Assembly (NCBI GenBank): GCA_026026165.1
Contig: JAPEUD010000008.1
Location: 186,001-250,000 of the forward strand
Direction: 5' to 3'
From: Sarea resinae
Taxonomy: Eukaryota
Length of the DNA: 64,000 nt
Made by a program: the position numbers and the translations under genes. How positions within the stretch are numbered: position 1 is the first letter of the stretch; every line of letters starts with the position of its first letter. The notes beneath the pieces were generated by a model, which worked only from the letters and a program-made list of their open reading frames with translations, was not told the origin of the DNA and did not search any database. Below are positions 11,592-23,676 of this stretch, piece after piece.

Positions 11592-14500
11592 TCAACCACC
11601 AGTCACGACTGCAAGGCACTCGTAAATCTTCCGTTTCACTGCATTGTAAGGCCCTTGTGACTGCCGCGATCTCGAGCCTGGCATCATGGTACCACGCCCT
11701 TCAACCTCGATCTTGCCGGTCGCCGCCTTTCTAACGGCCACTAGCCCGTCTATCAGTAGGCCACCTTCTCCTCTAAATTCGGCGGTGTGGCCGGTTGACT
11801 GCAGAAGTTTTCTTAGATCCGCGAGCCTCAGATCACCCACGTGAAGAGGCTGAGCTACTGAACGCGTTGCTGCAGCCAGGCTCGGAGGAATGATGTTCAG
11901 CGATGGTAGGGATTTGGTGGAGCCGGCGTCCGCCTTCTGTTGTTCATGGGCGACAACATCTCCGTCGTTCCCATCATCCTTTTTTCGCTTCTTGCTTTGC
12001 GTCCCTTGTTCGTCGAAAGTGCTGTTAGGCAGCTCAGTTTCCTCAAGCCTTCCTGTAAGTGTAACTACTCCAAGACCTCTGACATTCTGCCACTGCAATT
12101 GTTTCACCAAAGGCTCGCTCAATTTCACAACCCACGCGTTAGTATCCACGCTAGCGTCAATTGTTTCACCGATAGTAGGCGCGAAGACATCAACTCCGGC
12201 GTCAGTTAGGCCTCCGGATTCAGCGCCAAGTAAAGTACGACAGTCGTCAGCAAGCGACAAAGTTTCGCCTTTGGTGCCACCAACGAGGACAAGCTTCCGT
12301 GGCTGAATCAACGGAATCAGCATCTGGAGGCTTCGTTTATCGTGAAGACCAGCAAAATCAACAAACGCGATCTTGAGCATGAGGTGGACAGTTTCTGTGG
12401 TGAAGGCCACTTTGGACGGACCGACAGGTGGTTCGTCAGGCTCTGCCTCTGATTCAGATCCATCTTCTGTCGCGTCTGCACCTTCCAGGTTTCTTTCTGG
12501 AGACGAATCTAGTCGCTCAACCGGAACCTGTCCCAGGCCTAGTTGTCTTCTTTTGTTCGCGCTATTCATCATTCTTCCTCCCGTAGATCCATTTCGCATA
12601 CCTGCATTATCCCACTTCCGCTTCTGGCCCAGTTTTCTCTCCCTGGTGGCGTCCGTTTCATGCGGATCCGTTCCCTCTGCCTCATCTCGCTCTTCTGCGC
12701 GGAGGTACTCTTCTGGCCTGATGAGGTCACCGAAATCGTCACCTCGTTGTCGTTTTGCCATGAAGGGAAACATCTTTTCACGGCCCTTCTTTCCCCGTAC
12801 ATCATAGTCGTAGATACCCTTACGCCTCAATAGCACGTTTACGCCGAGGTCCTCGTTGCTGAGACCTAACTTGCTGCGACTAGTATGGGCCATTGTAGCG
12901 GCAGCATTGAGTGCCTTACCCTGGCGTTCCGAGTCTGACTCATCTGATGATGAGGATGTAGATGAAGTGTCGTCAACTACGTCTGCGGAATTTTCAAGTA
13001 TCGTACCATTGTCGGTCTGGAGTGTGTTTTGCAGCTGACGTTTAGTGGCCAAATATTGCTGATAAGCCACGAGCTCTTGCCCTTCCAGAGGTACGCGCTG
13101 AACATCTCTGAAAATGATATCTCTTCCACCTGCTTGAACTTGTCTTAAAGACTCCGAGACGGTGTCAAAGTCGTCGTTGGCATTCTCAGTCTCTTTGGCC
13201 CACCAATCCCACAGTGTGCATCCTATCCCGGAAGTATCCATTTCTTCAGTTCTATCTTCGTTGGACGAATACCGTTCTGTGAGGACAACAAGATTATTGT
13301 CATCCTTGGCGATGCTGCGCAGGACATCCCTCGAAAATCCCCACTCGAGCGAAGTGTCACTGGCTAAGATGACCTTGGGCCCTTCATTTGCTAGCATACG
13401 GTCAATCTGCTTCTTTCGCTCTAGCAACTTAAGGTGTTGAAAATCGAAAGGACCGGTCGATTTTGTGGAATGATGGCCTTCTTTACGCTCGCTGATTCGC
13501 GCACCATTGCTTGTTCCGTGTAAATTCTGGTTGCGTTTATGACCCTGGACTGTAGTGCCACTGCTTTCGGTCTCAAATTCTCGAATTATTCCTTCATCCA
13601 TCCATTCCAACATACTCCTCGCGAATCTCATTGTAGCACCAATGTTTTTGCTGGCAAGATATAGCTTCGCATGATTGAACCTGTTGGGCGATGATTGATC
13701 GGCTGCTTCATCGCGCCAGGCGTGCTCTAAGAGGTAGGCCAATTCTAGAACACGCGCGCTAGAATCTGTTGGTATTAGTACCGTGCCCCCCTTTGCTATG
13801 GTTTCTCGAAGCATGCTCAGTAGTAACTCATCCCGCTTTTTCCTCCCTCCGCCGAACGAGATCCGTTCCGCGCCTCTGCTACTACAGATAAGCGCAGTCG
13901 GTTTTCGTAGCTGTTCAATGACCTCGGCACCACCAGCACCTGCTCCTCCCAGCCACGCGGCGCCGGCCAGCACGTTCTCGCGTGCCTGATTCCAGTCGAC
14001 AGCATAGACAATGGACTCCAGACCATGTTGGATATGCCATATTGTGCCACCCAAGGTATGCCCAGCGTTATAAGCAGTAATTGTCAATCCATTCAATGGA
14101 GGTGAGAATGGTGATGGCAGAGGTTGGTGAGGTTGCGAATATTTGAGCGGGTGGATGAGAGAGAAGTAGGCTGCTATTTCCTGCGGTGTCGGCGGCTGCA
14201 ACAGCAATTGTGCTGACTGTCCGTTAGAGGCAGACGTTGAAAAGGAGTATGATGTTTCCGAGAGCGAAGAGGTTGGGATGATAGTTGAGGCGAGCGGGGT
14301 TGAAGCATAGAGATCTTGGAGTAAGGTGCGGCCCAACGATATCACGGGAGTGGTAGCATAGATAGGTATCCGAGTAAAGAGGGGGTAATTCTTGCAACAA
14401 TGCGCGAAGGCAGCCAGATGCGCCGGCGTCGCGTGCGTCAGGAGAATGAGTGATAGAGTAGGCACCTGTCTGTTCACCCAGAAAATCAGTAATCGTTCAT

Positions 14501-14798
14501 AGAAAAGCTAGCATCGCAAAGCCTGTCGAATAATTTAAGGGTAGTATGAGATCAGCAATTATGCTATCTGCTGGCAGCGTTGTCCGGCCTGGAGCAAGCA
14601 GATAGAGCGTCTGTCCGTTGCAAGAGGGCCGTAGCAGAAATCTCCATCTTACCTCTCCAGCTCATCGAGCTTTTTGATATCGAAGGACTCGTCCCAGCCA
14701 ACGTCTACGAGGATTTTTACACCTCCGTCAAGCTCCAGCAAAGATTGCGAGGCGGCAGAGCTGGACTGCGCGCCTAGAAGGGGAATAAAGTTGAACAT
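11592..14798 (-). CDS. CFT2: Cleavage and polyadenylation specificity factor subunit 2 (CPSF100), 2 exons
   Basis: Exon 1 is MFNFIPLLGAQS...ILVDVGWDESFD, followed by intron 14470-14652. The protein has a degenerate metallo-beta-lactamase motif (LTHATPAH), AGHTLGGTIW, YAVDWNQ, a beta-CASP region, DFAGLHDKRS and C-terminal GDLRLADL...AEFRGEG. Confidence 0.95.
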
Positions 14799-15465
14799 CG
14801 CTGAGGCGCTACAGCTGCATCATCGGCCTGCACAGCTCAGACACCTAGGGTATTTGAAGCAATAGGTAAGTCCGTCGGGTACTCTATGATCGTCTTCCCC
14901 AGCTGGTCTGTAGGTGGATTGGGCTACAACCTCATGGTGGTGAATGGAAGCTGACTTGTGTAATGAAGACGATGAACAAAATCCCAAGGTAAGGTAAGGT
15001 AAGGTAGCTTGATCCTCGGTCGCTTCACTGCAGATCGCTTCACGGATATTACATAAGGTACGGTGCCTTGCCCTTACTCCGAGTAGTACGCTGTAGTAGA
15101 AGTATCGAAAGAGCTACGAGCCTCCTTTACCGATACTTCTTATAATTCTACGAAGAGCCACAGTTCTGTAAGGTACAGTAAATAGGCAAACGTGTTCCTA
15201 CGTGCGCCAAAAAGACTACTGTAACCCAGCTCGTCCGGATTTTGCCTATTTGCCTACTATGTAGCGCTGCGCTCCTCACAAGTTCATGAAGAAAGAAGAT
15301 GCATGTCCGATTATTATACAATATCAGAACATACGGTATGTAGGTTAATTTGATAAGGGTCTAGGACATTTCGATAGTAAATCAATAAAAACAAACAGTT
15401 TTTCCAAGCTCCTAGCTGTCAGAACATTACACTCAGTGTACACAAGCTATCTCCAAATGCCTCCA

Positions 15466-16342
15466 TTAAGTCTGGGCTTTTAACCTTTTGCTTCGACGCA
15501 CTTCAGGTTTGTTAGTAGGAGACCCTGTGATCTGCGCCGTCTCTGCTGCCCACTGACTCCAAAGGCTCGGCCTTGTCACCCGTGGGAGCTTCGGAAGCAA
15601 ATCCCGTTGTGCCTTAGTAAGGGGATCATTCTTTCTGTAAGGCCCTGCCCAGGTGCGCAACCGCCTGACCGCATGCCTAAAAGGGTACCGTCCTCTGAGT
15701 TTCTCCAGTCTGGCTTGGGCCAATTGCTTGGCTTGTTCCTTCGCAAGTGCAACTGCCTCTTCAGCTCTGCGCAGAGATGCCGCCGCCTCTTGTTGAGAGC
15801 CTTCTTCAGTTTCTTCATGGCCCTGGTTTTCAGATGATTCGCCTGCCCTTCCTTGGGACGAATGTTGTGACTTGGCCTGGGACCTGTCCTGAGGCTCGCT
15901 TTGAGGCTCTTCCTGCGCCCTAGCTGGAGACGCATATCCATAGTGCATCCCCTCGGGCAACACGATCTTAAACCTTTGCTGTATATTCGGAGGCGATGAT
16001 GGTCCGGGGGGATCTTGCAAAACACCCAGCTTGTCTGGATCATCATCATCGTGTAGCCCCTCGGTCTGGTATTCATCCCACTTTGCGCCATCCCAATTGA
16101 AATAATTCCCACCCCTGATATATATGTTTGCGCGATCGCTTTGTCGCGTCAAGAAGGCTGGCTCTATTATCTAAAGCATCCCGTGTAAGCAAGGCCTTGG
16201 GCTGAGGGACACCACCACTGACCGACACCATCTCCCTCCAGGAGATTATACCTCTCATGTAGTTGTCAACAGCACCGCGATCTTTTTTAGGAGTCGCAGC
16301 CTTGAGGCTGGCCTCCTGAACTGAAACCGTTGGACCTGCCAT
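15466..16342 (-). CDS. Hypothetical, probably lineage-restricted protein, 2 exons, with a coiled coil and basic C-terminus
   Basis: ATG 16342 (MAGPTVSV...) joins the 15466-16152 frame through a 52-nt phase-0 intron at 16171-16222 (GTCAGT..CTTAC..TAG). It ends RRSKRLKAQT, which is NLS-like. Confidence 0.6.
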
Positions 16343-17171
16343 ACTTGCAAAGATGCTAGTCAAGCTCCCTGTTTCGATTCGCGGATGAGATAAATGGAGC
16401 GTATGCGTCTTTCCAGAGAATCCCAGGGCCATATATAAGGAAGCTAATGGTTAAAAGAACAAAGAAATTTCGAAAGCACTCTGCTTCAAGAAAATATATC
16501 AAGAAATCGATTTTCAGAAGCGATTCAAGCAAAGACAAAGGAAATGATGCCTGCCTGCAAACGGCCATATGAACTGAGTCTCCACTCTTTCGAACCCTTT
16601 TCCATGCCAAATACGGGGGTTTCCCACTGAGGGATAAGGTTCATCAGCAGCGAGTCATCACTCGCAAAAGTCACGGATTTAGATGCCATCTTGGTTTGTT
16701 GTGCCGAGGCAGTTTCATTGCCAATTCGACGACGTTCTTTGAAGTCGAGCCTGTGGATGATTTCGCCAAGATACTGTTGGCCCAGCGGCAGATCAAAGGA
16801 AAATTGCTCCTCGTGCCCTGGAAAGCACAAAGAGTGACTGGCTTTCTTACTACTGCGTACATACACGGCTTGAGGGGCCTAGGGGCCTAGCGGGCTGGTA
16901 CGACGTATTCGTACCTTTCCGATAAGCTCATCCACATATGGGCTTGAGCGCACACGTCACTGGCGATAAGGTGAAGCCCGGAGAAACCAGGGCATCCGAG
17001 GTGTTTACGAGTATTGTCAGGTAATAAGGCGAAGGCGGAGTCCTGGAGTCGTAGATTGTTGCAATGCTCACGCATTTAGCCCTACCGAAACACCCGCTTG
17101 CTAACTCTTGCTTTTTGGCCCACATCCCATCGTTGGCATTTACATGAATCACCTATCGCTCATCTTTCGCA

Positions 17172-18516
17172 ATGGCGCAGAAACGTACTGAGTCCGCAAG
17201 TCTCATTTGCTCGTGAACGATGCTGATTGCGAAAAAGGAGCACTGTGTTGCATTTCGGTCGATATCGATGCTGTTGCGGGCTGGCTGGGCTCCTACGGTG
17301 GGGAAGACTCTACAAGTGATATCTCACGTGGTATTAATCGACGTCTCTATTGAATATTTGAATTCTGAAAGATGAAACGCAGGTATTTTTGCTGGTACCG
17401 TTGGCATTCGGCGTCTCCTCAAGCTCTTTGACAAGTACGGGATCAAAACTACATGGTTTATACCTGGTCATTCATTGGAGACATTCCCAGAAGAATGCGC
17501 CATGGTCAGAGATGCCGGGCATGAAATGTGTGTGACTGTGGACCTCAAGATGTCGATATGATATTGATTCAAGAAAAAAGAGGACTCCATGGCTATTCCC
17601 ACGAGAATCCAGTCGCGATGACGCTCGAGCAGCAAGCCGCCGTCTTAGACAAGACGTACCGCATGCTTACTGAATTCTGTGGAAAGCCTCCGCGAGGCAG
17701 TGTCGCACCATGGCTCGTATACACTCCGAACTAGCTGGTAATGTGCTGATGGCGGGATAGGTGGGAGACATCAAGAGAAGGAGCTGAATTGATGCTCAAA
17801 TATGGTAAGTATCTAATTCAGATGTTCGGATTTCCTGGCCAAGCTAAGCTACGAAATGTTAGGCTTGGAGTATGGTATGCAGGTAGAGAGAATCCAGACA
17901 TAAGGTAGTAAGGCCTAAACAGAGAACAGATCACTCCTTCTCTCATCATGACTGCCTTCCATACTGGCTTCGAACGGGGGATTCCTGGACCAAGATTGAT
18001 TACAGCAAGAGCGCCGAACATTGGATGAAGCCGCTGGAGAAAGGGCCAGTAACTGGACTAGTTGAGATTCCTGCAAATTGGTATCTTGACGATCTTCCTC
18101 CAATGGTTGGTACGATGCCTGAGAATCGGGGCCGCTTCTAATGTGCCGGTAGATGTTCATCAAGAATTCTTCCAACTCTCACGGATGGGTGAATCCCAGA
18201 GACGTCGAAGATCTGTGGCGAGATCATTTCGATTACTTTTACCGCGAGTATGACGAATTTTGCTTCCCGGTGACTATTCACCCAGACGTCTCTGGACATC
18301 CTCACGCTCTTTTGATGCTGGAGAGGTTTGCGCCCATCCAGACTTCAATGAATAGCTGGCGCTTAATCAAGATTCAGATTGATCGAGTATATCAGCACAA
18401 AGCCGGGTGTTGAATGGGTAAAGATGGAAAACATCTGTGATGATTTCAAGTCTAAAAACGCCGTCCCAGAAGGAGCACTGGTCCCTGCAGAGACTGGCAC
18501 GATGCTGAAAGACTAG
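17172..18516 (+). CDS. CE4 polysaccharide deacetylase of the PgdA/PuuE-like group, no signal peptide, 9 exons
   Basis: Spliced translation: [77 protein letters not shown]. Includes a GC-AG intron and a 12-nt exon. Confidence 0.93.
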
Positions 18517-21500
18517 CGTAGCTGCATTTGACTTTCGTGATAGTTCTGCCCTTGGCTGCCGATTTTCCGGGCAGAGCTGAACGTATCAGAATGGCCAGAG
18601 GCTTATAAACAGGAGTTTTGGTTTCGTTGTTATTCTGGGATAATAAAACCCTGACAGCTATGACTGCCGTTCACCATTGATGGGCGAAAGCACAATCCTG
18701 AATCATCACGGCAGATTTCCTCTATGTATAGGAAGAAGATCGAGTTTTATATAGAAACCCGAGCATCATTTGATACGTAGGTACAATATAAAGTACACAC
18801 GACTCGCTGCTAGGTATGGTGGTTGAAACAGTGGACTTATTCGTCAAAGACATCGGCCATTCTGGATGCCAATGATGCCAACGCATTCTCTCGGAGATGG
18901 TGGGTAGCTAGGTAAGGTAGGTTGCGAAGGTAGGTGACATCGCCTTTCTAGATAAGTTTTCGCACCTACGGAATTTCGTATCCATTTCAGTTTTCGACTA
19001 ACAACTACCTTAGGTGAGGTAGGTAAACAGAAATACCGCCACGCATCTTTGACCCTTCACGAAAGAGGCCTCGTCACATACGTATTGGACCCGAATCTAA
19101 TTCTCCGTACCAACCCAAACCAACAAAATAATTCTTGATTTACGAACGTTGTAGCAGTATAGCCGTATAAGCTACCATATGCTTGATGCTCATCGTTTGA
19201 GCATGGTCTGTCAACATGAATGTGTGTACCTTCAATAATTTCAAGATTGAATGCTCTTCAGGCTAGACTGATAAGGTGCCTGCCCATACCCGCGATCCCG
19301 TTTGATTGCGGACGCGAGTCATTGCAGGGATGCTGAAGTCGTAGCGACTCTTTTGCCCGAAATCGCATGAGCGGCATGAGCCTCGTCAGGGCCCTTGCGC
19401 GACTTATCGATAAGATCGACAGTCTGCTGGAGCGAGAGGCGGCGGAGACGAAGGCAGAACCTGGAAGTATCCTCATGTAGCGCCGCCGGTGGCTGGGACG
19501 CGCGCTCAGCAGGTGTCAATAATAGCCCACGTATTTCGTACTTACTATTTGATGCATGTACGAAGTATGAAGGGGCCGAGAAACCCCGTAGCTTCGTACA
19601 AGATTTACCACGAATCTCTGAATAGGTACCTTGCCTTACCTCGCGTTGCGCATCATGATGGCGAAAGGGGATTTGATCCCCCTCATGCAGGATACATCAA
19701 TGGATCCATGCCTTAGTATCCATCAAATGCACCAGAGACTGCCCTTGGCGGCTAGAGCCGGAAATGTGCATAAGGCCGAGAATGGAGTTGATACGCTGTA
19801 ACCTTCCGTCGGGTGCTGGCGGCCTGGCACCTGTTGTGCCGCTGTCTCGCTCGAAATGATTAATTCGTGATGCTATCGCCGACTAAGGTAAGGACCTCAC
19901 TTCACGAATGGCTATATTTGAAGTCAACGCAAGGTAGGTAGGCAGTTCACGTATTCGAGCGGTTCGGCAGGCGACGTGAATGATTGGCACTTCCTATTTT
20001 CAGTAAACTGCAGATTATCATGGATGTCGACACCTAGGTACCTACCTTAGTTATGTTCGTAAGGTAGAGAGAGAGTCGCGATAAGGCAAACCCATGACTT
20101 GGTTCTTCGTATCGAAAAGCATATGTCTTTTGTTTGCCGGTGCAAGGAGTTTTTGCCCATAACACATGAACCAGTCAACGAACGGAAACTGCGGCAAGCA
20201 ACAGTACCAAAGGGCATAAAGACCAGAGAGTGATAGAATAGTGCAAGTCACACACGATCCTGTCAAAGAGAAACAAGAAGAGAAAAATGATCACAAACGG
20301 ATCGGCCGAGGTACCTTGCATACGATATTAGGGTCCAACTAAGGCGGCCGTACCTGGTATCCTCCTACACTACTCCACTACGGCCGACATTGGCTCTGGA
20401 CCCGACCCGCGTTAGCTGAGGCATGCGGGGCTAATGCCACACAGTTGCACGGCTCGCCAGCCTACATCAAGTCGATTATTGAGCTTTTGAGCCTTGCATA
20501 GAGTATGCCGGAGATGACGGATAGGGGTGGCTTTTTTCGGCATGTAATAGTGCTAGAGAGCATGCACCTCTTCGCCGTCAAGTTCGCATCCAAAGAACGG
20601 GCAAGGTGAGTCGAAGGATCCGTGAACACCGCGGCTATTTCGGCGAGCCAGGAAGGGGAATAGCGGATCAGGCTTGCTGCTCCATTGTCTGCAAAGATCT
20701 CCCACATGGCTGAGCGATCTATGATACGGGGGATAAGGCCTCGACTGCGGAGTAAGAGACCGCTTCACCCGATCTCAAGTACATCAGCAGAGGAGCCTTC
20801 ATCGGACCCTGTATCTTTATCCTGCTATTATTGATAACCGATAAGTCAGCCGGTTGCCTCGATAAGGTCGTTGCTATGCCATAGGATGTACATAGTAGTA
20901 TGCGACGTTGATATCCTGGCCCGCAACATCACTCATTCAGTCTCTTTCCCTCGCCTCGATGTAGACGAGTATATTTGCATTCATATCTTATCCGGCTATC
21001 CTACCTACTACCTACCTATCTCTCTCAGACTCTCAAGCTTGTGCTCACCGCATCGCATCGCATCGCATCGCGTCGCGTCGCATCCATACAGACTACTACA
21101 TGCACGGAATGACTATTGCATCTCATCCTGAGGAAATCGCAGGGCACGTCCCTCTTCCCAGAAGGTAGACTGCGACCTTGAGCTATGCCAGGACAAGGTG
21201 CTGGCTTGTGCCTGAAGTTTCGTCTTGCACCTTTCACTTGCCCCCCCTCCTTGAAACTTGAGAACTCGCCCCGAGTAACGGATCACGGACCCCTCCACAA
21301 GGTACGGAGTGTTGACCAAGAATGCGACCGGCCTTGGACCAACAAGCGCCCCGTTCCTGTCTGTCAACCGATCCGACCGCATCGACCACATCGCACACCA
21401 CCACCAACCAGCACCTCTTCTAGGTACTTAAGGTACTTCGGCTACTACCACAACCACATCACATCCCGCCTCTTAGTACCTTCATATGCCACCAACCATC

Positions 21501-23676
21501 TTGCTGATCCTAGGGGGCTGGAACGCCATGCCGCCCTGCCATTCGTCTCCAGGACTCTCCAAAGCGCACTCACTTGTGCTTTGTACCACTTTGGACCCGA
21601 AGTCTCGATTCCTTCTACTCAAAGTTCTCCAGACTCCAGGTTTGATTATTGTGAGGCTGGTCGGTACGGAAGATAGGCCCGAGTAGGTTGTCGCAAGGCA
21701 AGGCCACTCCACGGGCGGCCTTACCTCTGGACATGTTCGCTGGCAGGAACATGATGGGGTCCCTTGAAAGGCCGCGCCCACTGTCTTCCCTTATCCATTG
21801 CATTCATCATCCTTCGGGCAAGGCAGAAAGTGAGAAAGATGCGAGGAAGGTGTAAGAAGTGGTCACATGGCCTCGACCTCAAACAATGCTACTCGGTACC
21901 TAGACTAAGGTACGCGGGGCATTGATTGGGACTCCGTTACGTTACCTTACCTTACCCATGACTTTACGGAGCACCATCCCTCCTCCATCGCTCCGGCTTG
22001 AGCGCTGGCCCTCTGAGAAGAACAAGCCAAGTCGAGGCACACCGTGTCGGGAGTCGATGGCTTGGGCGGACTGCCCAATCATGATGGAAGAAGCCATGAG
22101 TGATCCTCGACGCAGTACGAGTCTGAAGTACTTGTGGCGATGGCACACCACCGTCAGCGCACGATTCGACAAGAAGAATAAGGTAGGTACCTAGGTAGGT
22201 AGATACCGTAAGGTACGAGACTTGAAAGTTCGGTATGGTGGATCAATGCCTCCACGGTCCAAGGTACGGAGTACTTGTACTCGAGTACACTCGGCGCGCG
22301 ATCAACACATGTGAAGCCATGGATGGATCGCCAGGCTGGCGGAGCCAGTACTTCAGGTACCTGACCTTACCCAGCCTGGCCAACTCTGGAGAACAGTTAC
22401 CTGAGCTACTCATGGTACAGGAGGGCGTGAGGCACCGCCGCGTACCTTCCCGTACAGCAGGGTACCTGACGGGGCACGCAGTACTTCAGGCTACGTGCGA
22501 CAAGGGTGAGGGAGGCTGGGATCGGCTAATGGGCGAGGTGGCCGCTAGACTGCATTACGCTTAAACGAGCCAATACCCCTCGCATCGTCTTCGATCATCC
22601 ACTTCGAACCTTTCTGACCTTGCGAAGTTGCCTCAACCCACACGCGCTATCGCCCTTAGTGACGGAGCTGAGTACGAGTACTCGTACTCGACCTTGCCCT
22701 CTCTCGACTTCATACGACTTCATACCTACGCTACGATACCACTCCAATGCTCCGTCTTACGCCCACATCTTGCTCCATTCTGTAATCCCATCTCCGTACT
22801 GCTGTGTACCTTGCCTTCCTTGTCGTGCCGAAAGGTACGAGAGGTACCCAGTCTCATCCTGTCTATCACATCCTATTGCGCAACGCCTTCGCTCTCCCCT
22901 CCCACCCCCCCCTCCAAATCCCCAGACACACTCGAGATAGATGGGTACTCGAGAGAACTTGTCTTTACCACTTCGCACGGCACCGCCTTAGGTACTTTCA
23001 GTACATCGTGGTCCTCTCACCTCTTACCTCTCACCTCTCTCTCTCACTTGGCGTTATTGCTCTCGTTCCGCCTTCTTCTGTCCCTCTGTCTGACCCGATC
23101 CATTCTCATTCTCTTACCAAACATCCTACCTTCACCCGCCTACCTTTCTTCTCATCGACGAGCCCTTCTGTGAAGGTTTCTTCTTCTTTTATTCTTTATC
23201 CCATCTTCCCATACATATCTTCTTCTTGTTCTCCGGGCGCCGCCTGCGCGATCGCATCGGACGGTGGCGGGGTTCTCAGCGACATTCAGAATCCCTGGAC
23301 TCGCTCACCTTCCCCAGCCTTATCTCATCCACATTACCAATCATCTACACCTCTTTCCGCTCCATTCCCTTTGAGCGCTTCAGGAGTGAACCGGCTTTTA
23401 CGACTTACGAGTGACGCTTTCCCATATCTATTATTACCCTCGGACGATCGGGTCATCTTCTTTGTCGAGTTACGTCGAGAACGAGTTTCCTATTACCGGT
23501 TCACCTGGCTAGCGAAGGGTCACCGATTGACCTTCAGGAACACATCTAAGACATCGCCACGTCGGCAGCATTACCTTTCAGGAACCTGAAGATAATCACA
23601 ATCTCACAATCTCGTCTGGCGCTTATTTACGGCATTCTCCTGGTCGTGCATCACTTCGTTGTACGCACGACGATAC

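Noticed and set aside
17172..18516. Recent horizontal transfer of the bacterial-like PgdA/PuuE deacetylase
   Set aside because: It has eight spliceosomal introns and host-like composition, so any transfer would be ancient.
19367..19480. 37-codon ORF MSGMSLVRALARLIDKIDSLLERE... that looks helical
   Set aside because: Too short, with no supported upstream exon and no recognisable homolog.
22628..23589. 181- and 261-aa ORFs upstream of nsdC
   Set aside because: Non-ATG starts in a pyrimidine-rich leader with low-complexity S/L/P translations; better explained as 5' UTR or intron.
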